DNA of 64,000 nt, from the NCBI GenBank assembly GCA_963848135.1, contig CAWKCK010000003.1, forward strand, positions 1,054,001-1,118,000, read 5' to 3'. Shown here piece by piece: positions 1-10,425 of this stretch. The notes under the pieces were generated by a model. The model ran no database searches. It was not told the DNA's origin and saw only the letters and a program-made list of their open reading frames with translations. Each line of letters opens with the position of its first letter. Position 1 is the first letter of the stretch. Both the position numbers and the translations under genes were made by a program. This DNA comes from an uncultured delta proteobacterium (GTDB taxonomy: Bacteria; Desulfobacterota; Desulfobacteria; Desulfobacterales; SG8-13).

Positions 1-130
1 CAAACGACCGGTGGTGACATCGTGTCTGGTCGTCGGATGACCGCCGGTGTCCACATTTTATTAAAGCGAATACCCGAAGTCGTTTGCCGTGGAATGGAAG
101 ACGGTTGCTGAAAAGAACAGAGACGTACCC

Positions 131-595
131 ATGCCTTCAGATATCGTCATACCTAAAGAAAAGGCGGTTTTCTGGCTCGATACCCACGGGTATTGGCGCA
201 ATGAAAGTGGTCGGTTCCGCCACAAAAAAATAAGCGACCATTTTCACGCCGCGATACGAAAAGACGCGGGCGGTTTTTTCCTTTATCAGGACAGGGGAGA
301 CTGCACGGAGAAAGTTTACTTTCCGTTCGAGGATACGGCGCTGTTCGTTTTTGGCGTTGCCTTGGATGATGACGTTTGCTTGACTCTTAATACGGGAGAG
401 AATATCCTACTGGAGCCCCGGAAGTTGTTCGTACAGAATGACAGCCTGTATACCTTTCGGGGTGAGGATCGGGTTAAATTCTCGGAGAGAAGCCTGCTCA
501 AGATTTCAGTACTGCTGGATGTCGATGCTGATGTCTATTTCATCCGGTTGAATGGTCAGAAATACAGGATCTCATCACGTTCGTCCAAAGAATAA
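131..595 (+). CDS. Conserved hypothetical protein (possibly DUF1285-like)
   Basis: Clean ORF; ATG at 131 preferred; FWLD..GYW..E.G..H and KVYFPFEDTALFV resemble DUF1285-type proteins. Confidence 0.6.
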   Translation: MPSDIVIPKEKAVFWLDTHGYWRNESGRFRHKKISDHFHAAIRKDAGGFFLYQDRGDCTEKVYFPFEDTALFVFGVALDDDVCLTLNTGENILLEPRKLFVQNDSLYTFRGEDRVKFSERSLLKISVLLDVDADVYFIRLNGQKYRISSRSSKE

Positions 596-859
596 ATATC
601 ACGAGACGCGATTTCGACCTCAGGATTTTCGGTTGAGATCGCGGTGCAGCCGAGGGTCCCTGCTTTGCGGGACTTACCGCCTGATCGATACTTTCATGTC
701 AGCAACAACTCACAGGCATACTCAGGCATGACGAGGACTTGAGACGAGGGTTTAGCGCACAGGTTCGTCCGCCTATAATGCGGATCGGGGGCGGAAAGAT
801 TTTTTTAAGACGCTCTCTAATGACATATGCGGGTCAAGGGGCGGCTGGGCAGATCAGCC

Positions 860-888
860 AAAAAGGGGTGGAGATACACCCCACCCCT
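860..888 (-). terminator. Intrinsic terminator after ferritin
   Basis: Minus strand GGGGTGG-9nt-CCACCCC followed by T5, ~80 nt past the ferritin stop. Confidence 0.65.
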
Positions 889-965
889 CATATTTGGATC
901 CGTTGGCGGTGTTCACCGGGCGACCGATATCCCCGATATGCAACAGCAGTAAAACCGGTGACCCA

Positions 966-1499
966 TCATTCTGCGCCGGCAGTGGTCGGGTCGAGCGGGG
1001 AACCCGGCGGAAATGGCCGCTGCGCCAGTTCTCGGTCCAGCATCAACAGGCCGGATTTGTCATTCCCGACCATTTCAAGTTGATCGGTGATCTTACCGGC
1101 GTTGGCTTCTTCTTCTACTTGTTCATCGGAGAACCATGCCAGGAGAGGCTCAGAAGCATAATCTTTCTCTTCCCGTGCAATACTGGTGAGGTCATTTATT
1201 TTACCGCTGATGAACTGTTCGTGATTCAAAGCGTCTTTGAAGGCCTCAAGAGGTGACTCCCATTTGTTTTTGAGTTGTTTGAGATCCTTCAGGACGACTT
1301 TTCCGCCCCTGTCGATGATATGCTCGAAGAATTTCATGGCATGAAGCATTTCTTCATGTGCCTGGCACCGCATCCAGTGCCCCATGCCGTCTAGGCTGAT
1401 CGAATGGAAATAGGCCGCCATGGACAAATAGATGTAGTAGGACTCGAGCTCATTTTTAATTTGGTCATTAATAGCCTTGTTCAGTCTTTCGCCGATCAT
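966..1499 (-). CDS. ftnA: Non-heme ferritin (FtnA type)
   Basis: N.QIKNELESYYIYLSMAAYF, QAHEEMLHAMKFF and WF.DEQVEEE ferroxidase motifs; SD AGGAG. Confidence 0.92.
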   Translation of the reverse strand: MIGERLNKAINDQIKNELESYYIYLSMAAYFHSISLDGMGHWMRCQAHEEMLHAMKFFEHIIDRGGKVVLKDLKQLKNKWESPLEAFKDALNHEQFISGKINDLTSIAREEKDYASEPLLAWFSDEQVEEEANAGKITDQLEMVGNDKSGLLMLDRELAQRPFPPGSPLDPTTAGAE

Positions 1500-2234
1500 C
1501 TTCAATCTCCTTTCACATATTTTCTTACCGTTGAAATTTTCCTTCTGACCAGCAACCGGGCGGTTGTCTAACCTCTGTGACCCTATCCCCGCCGCGGCCG
1601 TATTGTTCTTGCCAGCTGCTCATGTCGTCAGTTCTGTGTCAGATTCAATCGCTAATCTAATCATCCCACGAGCCGTGGCAAGCTGTAATTTACGCGTGTG
1701 TCGCTCCATGGGCGGCGCCCGGTGGCAGGGATCGGTGGTACCATGAAAAAAGAACAAACATAAGAGGTTTCGCGTGTATTTCTGGTACCGAAGGCCACCG
1801 CGGACGCCAGGTTATTTATACCGCTTTTCAAACAAAGATTCCGAAATATGGTGATATAAGGGGTTGGTGAAAAAAACGCGCGAATAACGGAACGTTTCTG
1901 TGACAACCACAATAATGCGTTGGCTTGACTTGGATTTATCCGGCCTTATCGTCTCGGCAGCAGAATTCTCAGCGCCGGCCCTAAAGTGCCTTTCAAGATT
2001 CGAGAGGCTCAAAGGGCTTTTCGCCGAATAATGGTAATTGGCCAGATTACCATCTCTCTACCTTTTCAAACGGGGCGGATCGCACCGGGTGGAATACCCG
2101 GTATTTTAACTGTCGACCCAGAATGGAAACGGTCTTCCGGGCACGGTCGGTGGCTGCTGTATACAGGTTGGGATCTATTGCGTTTTTAAGGGGGCGGCCT
2201 TTTGCCGGGTCAGTCTATCTCCAAAGGGGGGAAC

Positions 2235-2453
2235 ATGTGGCAGCTGATCGATAGAATTCCGTACACACTTTTGATTCTTTTGGCCGTATTCATGCTGCTG
2301 GCGCCGTTTAGACCCATGCCGCATGTTGTGGAAAAATTGATCATGTTGAAGAATGGTACCTTGAACAAGCCTATCGATATTTTTGATCTTTTTTACCACC
2401 TGATACCCACTCTGCTGCTGACCCTTAAGATATATCGGCAGTTATCTCGCTGA
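2235..2453 (+). CDS. Small membrane protein
   Basis: SD AAGGGGG; two hydrophobic segments; APF.P.PH.VEKL..L..G.L..PIDIFDL pattern. Confidence 0.75.
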   Translation: MWQLIDRIPYTLLILLAVFMLLAPFRPMPHVVEKLIMLKNGTLNKPIDIFDLFYHLIPTLLLTLKIYRQLSR

Positions 2454-2476
2454 AAAACGGTTTTGCTCAACAGCGG

Positions 2477-2962
2477 TCAAAGTCCACCGGCATCTTTTAT
2501 TTTGCCGTTAGCAATAAAAGCTTCCAGGCCTTCAATGTGCCGTTCTTCTTCGGTGATTATTCTTTTCAGTTCCTTCAGGGTCTGCTCATCTTTGAGAAAA
2601 GCTTCGAGCATTTGGTAAAATATGATGGTATCTTGTTCGAACTCAATGAAGGTCTCGACCATTGCATTGACGTGGTCGAGACGACCAAAATCCACATCAT
2701 CCAATGAGAAACTCTGGCCGCTCAGCAAATCGTTGAACAGTTCACGCCCCATTTCGTCAACCACCGGATTCAGGGGCGCCAGAGTGGTCATTTTTTGACG
2801 GTTTGAAAACCATTCGGCATGCTTGGCTTCCTCGTCCGCCATCCATTCCAGCAGGGAGACGAAGGCTGGATTGGAAAGATTTCGCGCGGCGCCGCGATAA
2901 GTGGCTTCGCCGTTTTTTTCCAGCATGATGGCCATGTCGAAAATTTCTTTGATCGAAAACAT
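2477..2962 (-). CDS. Rubrerythrin-like ferritin-family diiron protein
   Basis: AI.LEKNG..FY-like segment, DEEAKH, FEQDTIIFY, EEERH diiron ExxH motifs; SD GGAG. Confidence 0.85.
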   Translation of the reverse strand: MFSIKEIFDMAIMLEKNGEATYRGAARNLSNPAFVSLLEWMADEEAKHAEWFSNRQKMTTLAPLNPVVDEMGRELFNDLLSGQSFSLDDVDFGRLDHVNAMVETFIEFEQDTIIFYQMLEAFLKDEQTLKELKRIITEEERHIEGLEAFIANGKIKDAGGL

Positions 2963-3175
2963 TCCAGTCTCCACGCATATTGAAGTTGCTGGTTGGCGGC
3001 AACGAGTATCGTCTACACCATAGCTGAAACGGTAAACGGGTTCAACAGTTGTGTTGCCGATACGCATAATTTTCTAAAGACACGGCCAGCGGGATTGACG
3101 GGTGTTGACATTGTGAAAAATCCCGTTAACTTATCGTCACCCATACAATCGTAGCGTTTTAGATTTGGAGTAGAG

Positions 3176-4342
3176 ATGAACATTGTCTATTTAAGCCCCC
3201 ATTTTCCCCCGCAGTACTTCCGGTTTTGTCAACAGTTGAACGCGTCCGGTGCTACTGTTCTCGGAATCGGTGATGCTGCATTCGATACGCTGAAACCTGA
3301 AGTCCGCTCTACGCTAACCGAGTACTACCGGGTGGAGGACATGCACGATTACGACGCCCTGGTTCGTGCCTGTGGGTTCTTTACCCACAAGTACGGTAAG
3401 ATAGATCGTTTTGAATCGTTAAACGAGTATTGGCTGAGTACCGAAGCCCACATCCGGGAGGATTTCAATATATTTGGCGTAAGGGCCTGCGATATTGATG
3501 ACGTTCGTCGCAAATCCCGCATGAAGGAAATCTTTCGGCATGCCGGTGTACCGGTTGCCAGGGGACGACGCGTTACATCTTTCGCTGACGCCCGTGAATT
3601 GACCGCTAAAACCGGTTTTCCGATTGTTGTCAAACCGGATGCCGGTGTTGGGGCTTTGGACACGTATCGAATTGAAAATGAAAAGGAACTGGCATCCCTT
3701 TTTTCCGCCGGCCCTGCCGCCGACCTGATAGCCGAAGAGTTTATCAGCGGTAATTTACTTTCCTTTGACGGGCTCACCGATCGTGAAGGCCACCTTGTAT
3801 TCTATACCGCACATGTTTTCAGCCAGGGAATAATGGAAACGGTCAATCAGGACCATCATGTCCATTACTACTCTCTAAGACAGATTCCGGTCGAACTTGA
3901 AAAGGTCGGCAGAGCCGCTGTCACTGCCTTCGGGTTGAAAGAACGCTTTTTTCACATCGAATTCTTTAAAACAGTCGACAATGGCTATGTGGCACTTGAA
4001 ATCAACATGCGACCGCCCGGCGGTTACACCACCGATATGTTCAATTACGCCAACGACATCAACATTTACCGCACCTGGGCCGAACTGGTGACGCATAACC
4101 GGTCAGCACTTGACTACAATCGTTCCTACCACTGTTGTTATGCCAGCCGGAAACAAAGGCATCCTTATCGTCATGACCATAACGCGGTAATGAACCGTTA
4201 TGCGCGCTTGATGCTTGAGGTCGTTCAAGTGCCCGGAGTTTTTAGTCGTGCGTTGGGAGACATTGGTTACATATTCAGATCTCAAGATGAACAGGAGATC
4301 CTTGAGGCCGTCAGTTTCATCCAGGATCTGAAACCTGAATGA
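3176..4342 (+). CDS. ATP-grasp domain protein (carboxylate-amine ligase-like)
   Basis: KSRMK, PIVVKPDAGVGA, EEFISG, FFHIEFF, LEINMRPPGG motifs. Confidence 0.88.
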   Translation: MNIVYLSPHFPPQYFRFCQQLNASGATVLGIGDAAFDTLKPEVRSTLTEYYRVEDMHDYDALVRACGFFTHKYGKIDRFESLNEYWLSTEAHIREDFNIFGVRACDIDDVRRKSRMKEIFRHAGVPVARGRRVTSFADARELTAKTGFPIVVKPDAGVGALDTYRIENEKELASLFSAGPAADLIAEEFISGNLLSFDGLTDREGHLVFYTAHVFSQGIMETVNQDHHVHYYSLRQIPVELEKVGRAAVTAFGLKERFFHIEFFKTVDNGYVALEINMRPPGGYTTDMFNYANDINIYRTWAELVTHNRSALDYNRSYHCCYASRKQRHPYRHDHNAVMNRYARLMLEVVQVPGVFSRALGDIGYIFRSQDEQEILEAVSFIQDLKPE

Positions 4343-4352
4343 GGTAGAAAAC

Positions 4353-5102
4353 ATGCATGTGGAATACCATCGCTGGTGGAGTCCGCACCTGGGTCGGGAC
4401 ATGGAACTTAAAGTCTATGGCCACTGGGGTATGCCTATTATCGTTTTTCCCAGTTCACGAGGGCGCTTCTTCGATTACGAAGGCATGGGAATGATCGATG
4501 CCATTTCTCATACTATCAAAGCCGGAAAGGTCAAACTCTTCTCGGTTGACAGTGTCGACGCCGAATCCTGGTATAACTTCGATGTTTCTCCGGAAGAACG
4601 CAACGATCGACATGAGGCCTATGACCATTACATAACCGAAGAGGTTGTCCCATTTATACGCTCCCACTGCGGTTCTTCCGACCAACGGGTTATGACCAAT
4701 GGATGCAGTATGGGCGCTTACCATGCCGTAAATTTTTTTTTCAAACACCCTGATGTGTTCGAAGGGGTGATCGCCTTGAGCGGGCTATACCGCCTGGATC
4801 GGCATGAATTCGGCCTGTCCGCCGCCGACCTGCCGGCCGTATATTACAATTCGCCGGTCAGCTATTTGAGCCGTCTTGATGACCAGTGGTTTCTGGACTG
4901 TTACCGAAAGCGTACGATTATCGTATGCGTCGGACAGGGGGCCTGGGAGCACGAAGCCATCGAGGACACGCGGGCGTTGGACGCCATTTTACGGGAAAAA
5001 TCGGTTCCGGCCTGGATTGATTACTGGGGGTATGATGTCAATCATGACTGGCCATGGTGGTACCGGCAGATGAACCATTTTCTCGGGCAGCTCTACGAAT
5101 AG
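4353..5102 (+). CDS. Esterase family alpha/beta hydrolase
   Basis: GCSMG nucleophile elbow, VNHDWPWW; 10 nt after the ATP-grasp gene. Confidence 0.88.
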   Translation: MHVEYHRWWSPHLGRDMELKVYGHWGMPIIVFPSSRGRFFDYEGMGMIDAISHTIKAGKVKLFSVDSVDAESWYNFDVSPEERNDRHEAYDHYITEEVVPFIRSHCGSSDQRVMTNGCSMGAYHAVNFFFKHPDVFEGVIALSGLYRLDRHEFGLSAADLPAVYYNSPVSYLSRLDDQWFLDCYRKRTIIVCVGQGAWEHEAIEDTRALDAILREKSVPAWIDYWGYDVNHDWPWWYRQMNHFLGQLYE

Positions 5103-5162
5103 GATAAAGGGACCGAATTCAATCGAACTGAAACTGCCGTGCCTACCACCCAGGTCAGAACC

Positions 5163-5933
5163 ATGATCGTATTGATGAATTCTTCCAAAACCCTCGATAC
5201 AGAGGGCCCGGTGTTGACGCGTCGGTATACGATCCCGGAGTTCATTGGCGATGCCGAGTTACTTGTATCCTCATTGCGGTCGTACGGACCCGATGCGTTG
5301 GCCGACTTGATGGGCATTAGCGAAAAACTGGCCCGACTGAATGTGGGACGCTATCAAAAATGGAAGACCCCGTTTAAGCTGAAAAATGCCAGGCAATCGC
5401 TGGCAGCCTTCAGGGGTGATGTTTTTGCCGGTATAGCGGTAGATTTATACACCCCCGAGGATTTCAAATTTGCCCAATCGCAGATTCGGATATTATCCGG
5501 TCTTTACGGTATCCTGCGACCTCTAGACCTGATCCAGCCCTATCGGTTGGAAATGGCGACCCGCCTGGCCACCTCCCGAGGAAGCACGCTCTATGAATAT
5601 TGGGGAAATCAGATCACGTCGTCCCTTAAGCGTATTTTGCCTGGAGAAAAAACTGCGGTGTTGCTCAACCTGGCGTCGGTGGAATATGTAAAAACGATAA
5701 AAATGGCCGACTTGAATGCTAGTGTAATTACACCTGTATTTCAGGACATCAAAGACGGAAAACCCCGAACCGTTGTCATATATACCAAGAAAGCCAGAGG
5801 CTTGATGTGCGACGAGATCATCAGAAAACGGATTGTCGATGTCGAGGACCTGAAACGTTTTAATCGTGACGGATACCGATTCAATAACGCTCGGTCTTCG
5901 GACACGCAACTCGTTTTTGAGCGGTTAAATTAA
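5163..5933 (+). CDS. yaaA: Peroxide-stress DNA-binding protein YaaA (DUF328)
   Basis: ILSGLYGILRPLDLIQPYRLEM, NLASVEY, KKARG. Confidence 0.9.
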   Translation: MIVLMNSSKTLDTEGPVLTRRYTIPEFIGDAELLVSSLRSYGPDALADLMGISEKLARLNVGRYQKWKTPFKLKNARQSLAAFRGDVFAGIAVDLYTPEDFKFAQSQIRILSGLYGILRPLDLIQPYRLEMATRLATSRGSTLYEYWGNQITSSLKRILPGEKTAVLLNLASVEYVKTIKMADLNASVITPVFQDIKDGKPRTVVIYTKKARGLMCDEIIRKRIVDVEDLKRFNRDGYRFNNARSSDTQLVFERLN

Positions 5934-5953
5934 CGCCACCTGATCGCCCCGTG

Positions 5954-7294
5954 CTAGCGGATATATCCCCATTCTTGCAAACGCTGATAGGCATACTGAG
6001 CCTCTTTACCTTGCTGGGTCATCTTCAGGTAACGGTAATAGTGGTTTGCCGCATCGTCGCGTTTACCCATCCCTTCCCTGGCGTAACCCTTGAAAAAGGT
6101 GGTTTTGGGCGATCCGGGAAGCAGTTTGTCATATCGATCGAAATCCGAGTAGGCGGCCTCGTAGCTTTTTGTTTTTAGGCTCACAATCCCGCTGATTTGC
6201 CAGGACTGGGCCTCTCCGGGGTAGACTTTTTTGGCCCGCGAGACGTATCGTTGGGTTTGGGTCCAATCTTCCTGCAAAAACTGGCACTTGGACATCATCA
6301 CCAGGGCCGTATAATCGTTGGGTGCTATTTTCAGCGCCCGGTTGAATTGGCTCTCGGCCGCTTTATATTTCTTGCCCATGAGTTCTTTCTCGCCGTTTTG
6401 CATGGCATCGATGGCGCCCTCGATCCGGCGCAGACCGGAAATGTTGTCCATGTAGCGTTCCCGATAAAACGGTTTTTTTCGATCGGATTTGTAGCGGGTC
6501 TGTACGCTTTCAACGGCCGTCTGGTAGCGTTCGGCGCTCATGGGATGGGTCGCGAACATCAGCTCGATAGCACTATGGTTGGACTTGGACTGACTGTTGA
6601 GCATGTCCATCAGGCCTACGAAACCGTCGGCACCATACCCGCTGCGCACCATATATTCCAATCCCAGTTCATCGGCTTCCCGCTCATTGTCCCTGCTGTA
6701 AGAGGCGAGCAGGGCGCCGGCGCTGATCATTCCCAATTGTGATGCCAATTGACCGGCGCCCGATCCCAGTGTTGCACCGGTGGCCACCGACAGCCCGCCG
6801 ATCACGGCCTGGGTCAATGTTCCCTTGGTCATCTGCTGGGCCGTGTGGCGAGCGTTGACGTGACCGAGTTCGTGACCCATCAGAGCGGCCAGTTCAGCCT
6901 CGTTGTCAATGCTCAGAAGGATTCCGCGCGTAATGGCGATGCTTCCGCCCGGAAAGGCATAGGCATTGATGTACGTGGCGTTGACCACCTGGAAGGAATA
7001 CGGCATTTGTGGTCTATGGGTCTGACCGGTCATGCGTTTGCCAGTTTGCTGGATATAGGCACCAAGTGCAGGGTCCTGGACCTTGCCGTAATCGGATGAG
7101 AACTGAACCGGTGCATAGTTTTTGTCGATTTCGATTTCTTGCTGCTCGGACATGAGCATCAACTGGGATTTTCCCGTAACCGGGTTGGTTGCGCAGCCAA
7201 CCACCGCGCCGGCTGTCGCCATCGATGTGAGCCAGAGGAACTCGCGCCGTGTCAAACCATGGTTTTTTCGACCAGACTGAAATTTATTCTCCAT
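5954..7294 (-). CDS. M48 metalloprotease with TPR repeats (BepA/YfgC-like), Tat lipoprotein signal
   Basis: TRREFL twin-Arg, VVGC lipobox, NAYAFPGG, HELGH, YSRDNEREAD, THP; C-terminal TPRs. Confidence 0.9.
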   Translation of the reverse strand: MENKFQSGRKNHGLTRREFLWLTSMATAGAVVGCATNPVTGKSQLMLMSEQQEIEIDKNYAPVQFSSDYGKVQDPALGAYIQQTGKRMTGQTHRPQMPYSFQVVNATYINAYAFPGGSIAITRGILLSIDNEAELAALMGHELGHVNARHTAQQMTKGTLTQAVIGGLSVATGATLGSGAGQLASQLGMISAGALLASYSRDNEREADELGLEYMVRSGYGADGFVGLMDMLNSQSKSNHSAIELMFATHPMSAERYQTAVESVQTRYKSDRKKPFYRERYMDNISGLRRIEGAIDAMQNGEKELMGKKYKAAESQFNRALKIAPNDYTALVMMSKCQFLQEDWTQTQRYVSRAKKVYPGEAQSWQISGIVSLKTKSYEAAYSDFDRYDKLLPGSPKTTFFKGYAREGMGKRDDAANHYYRYLKMTQQGKEAQYAYQRLQEWGYIR

Positions 7295-7395
7295 GAAGCC
7301 TCCCTGGATCGTAGATTGACCACCGCATTAAAAAATAAATCTGCAAACAGGCTGTAGCATAGCTGAATGGACGTTGGTGATCAAAGATATTTTCA

Positions 7396-7603
7396 CCTAA
7401 AATGAGCGTTTCAAATTTTATATGGAGGGGGAACCGTTTAATTTATAAGGAATTCTATCATAGTTTGAATATAATATTTGAAACCCATCGGGATTGCCGA
7501 TCTTGCCGCATCTACGGCGTCATATGCCGTCCCGCATAGCGGACTATAGCGGAACGACATCTTCCTTGTATCTGCGGCAAACTCGACAATCGCTCAAATT
7601 AGG
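7396..7603. mobile_element. MITE-like element, family 1, copy A
   Basis: Ends CCTAAAATGAGCG / CGCTCAAATTAGG (imperfect TIR); flanked by TTTCA direct repeat; homologous to 59225-59472. Confidence 0.8.
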
Positions 7604-7746
7604 TTTCACCAACAGCGATTCTGGTGACCGTCTATGGTTTATACGCAAGGTATGTGAGCATCGAGGCGTTGGATGATTCTTGCAACGGCCGGAATCCTGT
7701 TGGCGGAGGCCACACCTTGTCCCGCCGTGGTGAAAAGGAATAGTTC

Positions 7747-7775
7747 TTGACCCCAATCATTTGAAATTATATAAT
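7747..7775 (+). promoter_or_regulatory. Sigma-70 promoter upstream of the riboswitch
   Basis: TTGACC-17 bp-TATAAT. Confidence 0.8.
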
Positions 7776-7787
7776 AAATAACGTATT

Positions 7788-7876
7788 AGCCTAAAGGCAA
7801 ACCACTTGAAAAAGTGGGGCGCAAAACCACCGGCCTAACTTCGAACGATCCGGACAAGGCGGCAGGGTTGCCTGGC
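7788..7876 (+). ncRNA. Cyclic di-GMP-I (GEMM) riboswitch
   Basis: GGCAAACCACTT-GAAA-AAGTGGGGCGCAAAACCACCGGCCTAA...AGGCGGCAGGGTTGCC matches GEMM P2 with GNRA loop and P3 tetraloop receptor. Confidence 0.93.
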
Positions 7877-8102
7877 TCATTGCCCTCCTGAGATGTTTCA
7901 GTATAACCCTGCCCTATGGGTGCCTTTCATTGAATATCGATACCTGGCCAAGACTTGCCGGAACGATTGCCCGGTGCGGTGGTGCCGCCCATGCGTTACA
8001 GCGACTATACATACGTGTGGCGGACTGTCACGGCCCGCTTTTTAGGCCGGTCGGCGGGATTGCCGATCCTAATATGCGGCTGCGGAAAGGGAGGTTTACA
8101 GC

Positions 8103-8855
8103 GTGATATATACTGGCCTGATTCTGATCCTGCTTGTCCTCTGTGGTGTTGTTGCAACCATCATGATGAAACGGGGTAAACTGCCGCGGTTGGCTAATGG
8201 CAACGCCGAGGCGAATCCCTATGAACGCGCCCGGAAGCTTTTATCGTCAACCAATGCGGCATTTTTTGACCTACTGGAACAAGCACTCGATGATCGTTAC
8301 CGGGTTTTCGGAAATGTTTGTCTGACGGATGTTGTCGACGTTAGTCCCGATTTAAATCGGAAGCAACGGCAATCAGCGTTGAAACACCTTCCATCGAGCC
8401 GGCTTGACTTTGTCATCTGTGAAAGAGGGACGGCGTCTATAATTGGTGCCGTTATGGTCGATGAAGATAGGGCTGAACCCGGCGGTGTATGCGCGCAACA
8501 GGAGACGGCTCTTGACGCATTCCTTGCTCGCCTGGGAATTCCGGTCGCCCGGCTTTCCGGCAAGAGGGATTATAGTATCGAAGACCTCAGGATCGAGGTC
8601 TCCCGCGCACTGTTTTTAAAATGGAAAGACAGTGCGCCGGCGAGCGGGACGGAAGGTGCCGGTAAACCATCCGAGAAAAACGACACCCCATACGGTGTAT
8701 GTCCGGCCTGCGGGCTGCCCTTTGTCAAACGCATCGCCCGCAAAGGGACCTATGCCGGCAAAGTTTTTTTAACGTGTTCAAACTATCCCGAATGCAAACA
8801 CGTGCGGTTGATAAAAGACAATTCTGCTTTGCTGAAAGCGCAAAACCAAAAATGA
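8103..8855 (+). CDS. Membrane-anchored DUF2726 protein with C-terminal topoisomerase-type C4 zinc finger
   Basis: N-terminal TM; LLS..FF..L..A, V.L.DV, LDFVIC; CPACG...G...GKVFLTCSNYPEC; SD GGAGG. Confidence 0.85.
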   Translation: MIYTGLILILLVLCGVVATIMMKRGKLPRLANGNAEANPYERARKLLSSTNAAFFDLLEQALDDRYRVFGNVCLTDVVDVSPDLNRKQRQSALKHLPSSRLDFVICERGTASIIGAVMVDEDRAEPGGVCAQQETALDAFLARLGIPVARLSGKRDYSIEDLRIEVSRALFLKWKDSAPASGTEGAGKPSEKNDTPYGVCPACGLPFVKRIARKGTYAGKVFLTCSNYPECKHVRLIKDNSALLKAQNQK

Positions 8856-9040
8856 AGGCCGCTACCGCCTTGATTGCGCGAAAGTCGGCCCGATGCTGAT
8901 GTGTTTTGTGACCATCGCCACCGTTTAATAAAAAGGCAACGGACGCCGCCGCAAAGAGCGGTCAGTTATCAGCCGGTGGATTGTGTGCCGATCGTGCCAA
9001 CTACCAAGGCCAGAACGAGTGCAGTTTCAAGGAGTATTTC

Positions 9041-9826
9041 ATGACGATTAAGGAACACGAGTACGTTCGGCAGACCCTTGAGCGTTATACCAACTGCCCA
9101 TTGGAAGAGTTTTGTGAGTTCGTGCTTATCACAAACTTCAAAGCGTACATCCAACGCTTTCATGAAAATACCGGTGGAAAATACTCCGAGGGCAACTTCC
9201 GTGTGGTTAACGACCCGGATCAGAACTGTACCATGATCGACTTCGGGATCGGCTCGCCCCAGGCCGCTCTGATAATCAACTGTCTGGCATACCTGGACAA
9301 ATTGAAGGCCGTTATCATGCTCGGTATGTGCGGTGGAATCGACGACATCCTGGAATTAGGGGATTTTCTCATCCCTTCTGCAGCCATCCGGGGAGAGGGG
9401 ACCAGTCGCCATTACCTGCCGGCGGAGTTTCCAGCGATTCCGGCTTCATCTGTCAATCTTTACTGTATCGGGGCCGTGCGAAAAGCCGTTTCGACCCCTC
9501 GCTGCGGAATTGTATACACGACCGACCGGCGGCTTTGGGAGTTTGACGCCGATTTTGTCGAATATCTCAGAAAACAGCGTATTCTGGCTATCGATATGGA
9601 GCTGGCGACCCTGTTTTCGGTCGCCTACCGTTACGAAGTTCCCATCGGTTCGATCATGCTGGTTTCCGATATGCCGCTGCAGAGAAGAGGGATAAAAGAT
9701 CGCAGAATACAGGAGGAGGTCTATACCAATCACATGGATAGGCATCTCGAATTGGGTATCGATGCGGTAATAACCATGCAGGCTAATTGGGGCGAAGTGA
9801 TGAAGCGGCTCCATAGTGAATGGTAG
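9041..9826 (+). CDS. amn: AMP nucleosidase (short PNP/UDP-fold form)
   Basis: LERYT, LITNF, FGIGSPQAA, AAIRGEGTS, TTDRRLWE, IDMELAT, LVSDMP. Confidence 0.88.
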   Translation: MTIKEHEYVRQTLERYTNCPLEEFCEFVLITNFKAYIQRFHENTGGKYSEGNFRVVNDPDQNCTMIDFGIGSPQAALIINCLAYLDKLKAVIMLGMCGGIDDILELGDFLIPSAAIRGEGTSRHYLPAEFPAIPASSVNLYCIGAVRKAVSTPRCGIVYTTDRRLWEFDADFVEYLRKQRILAIDMELATLFSVAYRYEVPIGSIMLVSDMPLQRRGIKDRRIQEEVYTNHMDRHLELGIDAVITMQANWGEVMKRLHSEW

Positions 9827-10425
9827 AAATTGATATGTTCGAAAATCGACAATATCTTTGAGGGCTTCCCTGGGTTTGAGGGAACTTTTCAGGCTCCAGA
9901 CCTAATCTGGAGAAAAGCCGTCGACCACTACCAGATGGCGGCCAACTTCATAGGGGAGGTATTTTGGGCGGGACAGTTTGTTTCCAGCCGTCAATACCTC
10001 CGGTGTCTCGGTATTATCCGCCAGAATTTCCAACCTATGGTCAATCCCCTTCGCTATATTTTCTGCCAATTTTTGTATTTTTGAATGATACCGCTTTTCA
10101 AAAATAGATTCCGCAATACGGGACGTTTTTTTGACAACCACTATAACCGGTCCGACCCCCATGGGGCCGTATACCTTCCTGGAGCCCTCGGGCAGAGCCA
10201 TATCCGGCAGCTCTGGTTGGCACCGGCAGCTGAATGCTTATTTTTAATATTGATATTTTGGGGCGTTTCTGTGAAAAAATAAAGGGGTTACTTTTCGCGA
10301 AAATGTGATGGCATTATTGAGTGACCTCTTCATAAGTGAGAATATCATTCCATGGACAAGGCCGCACCAGGGATTGTGGCGAGGCGTTCTGTATGTATGG
10401 TGCAGCCGGTTGCGATTAACGAATA

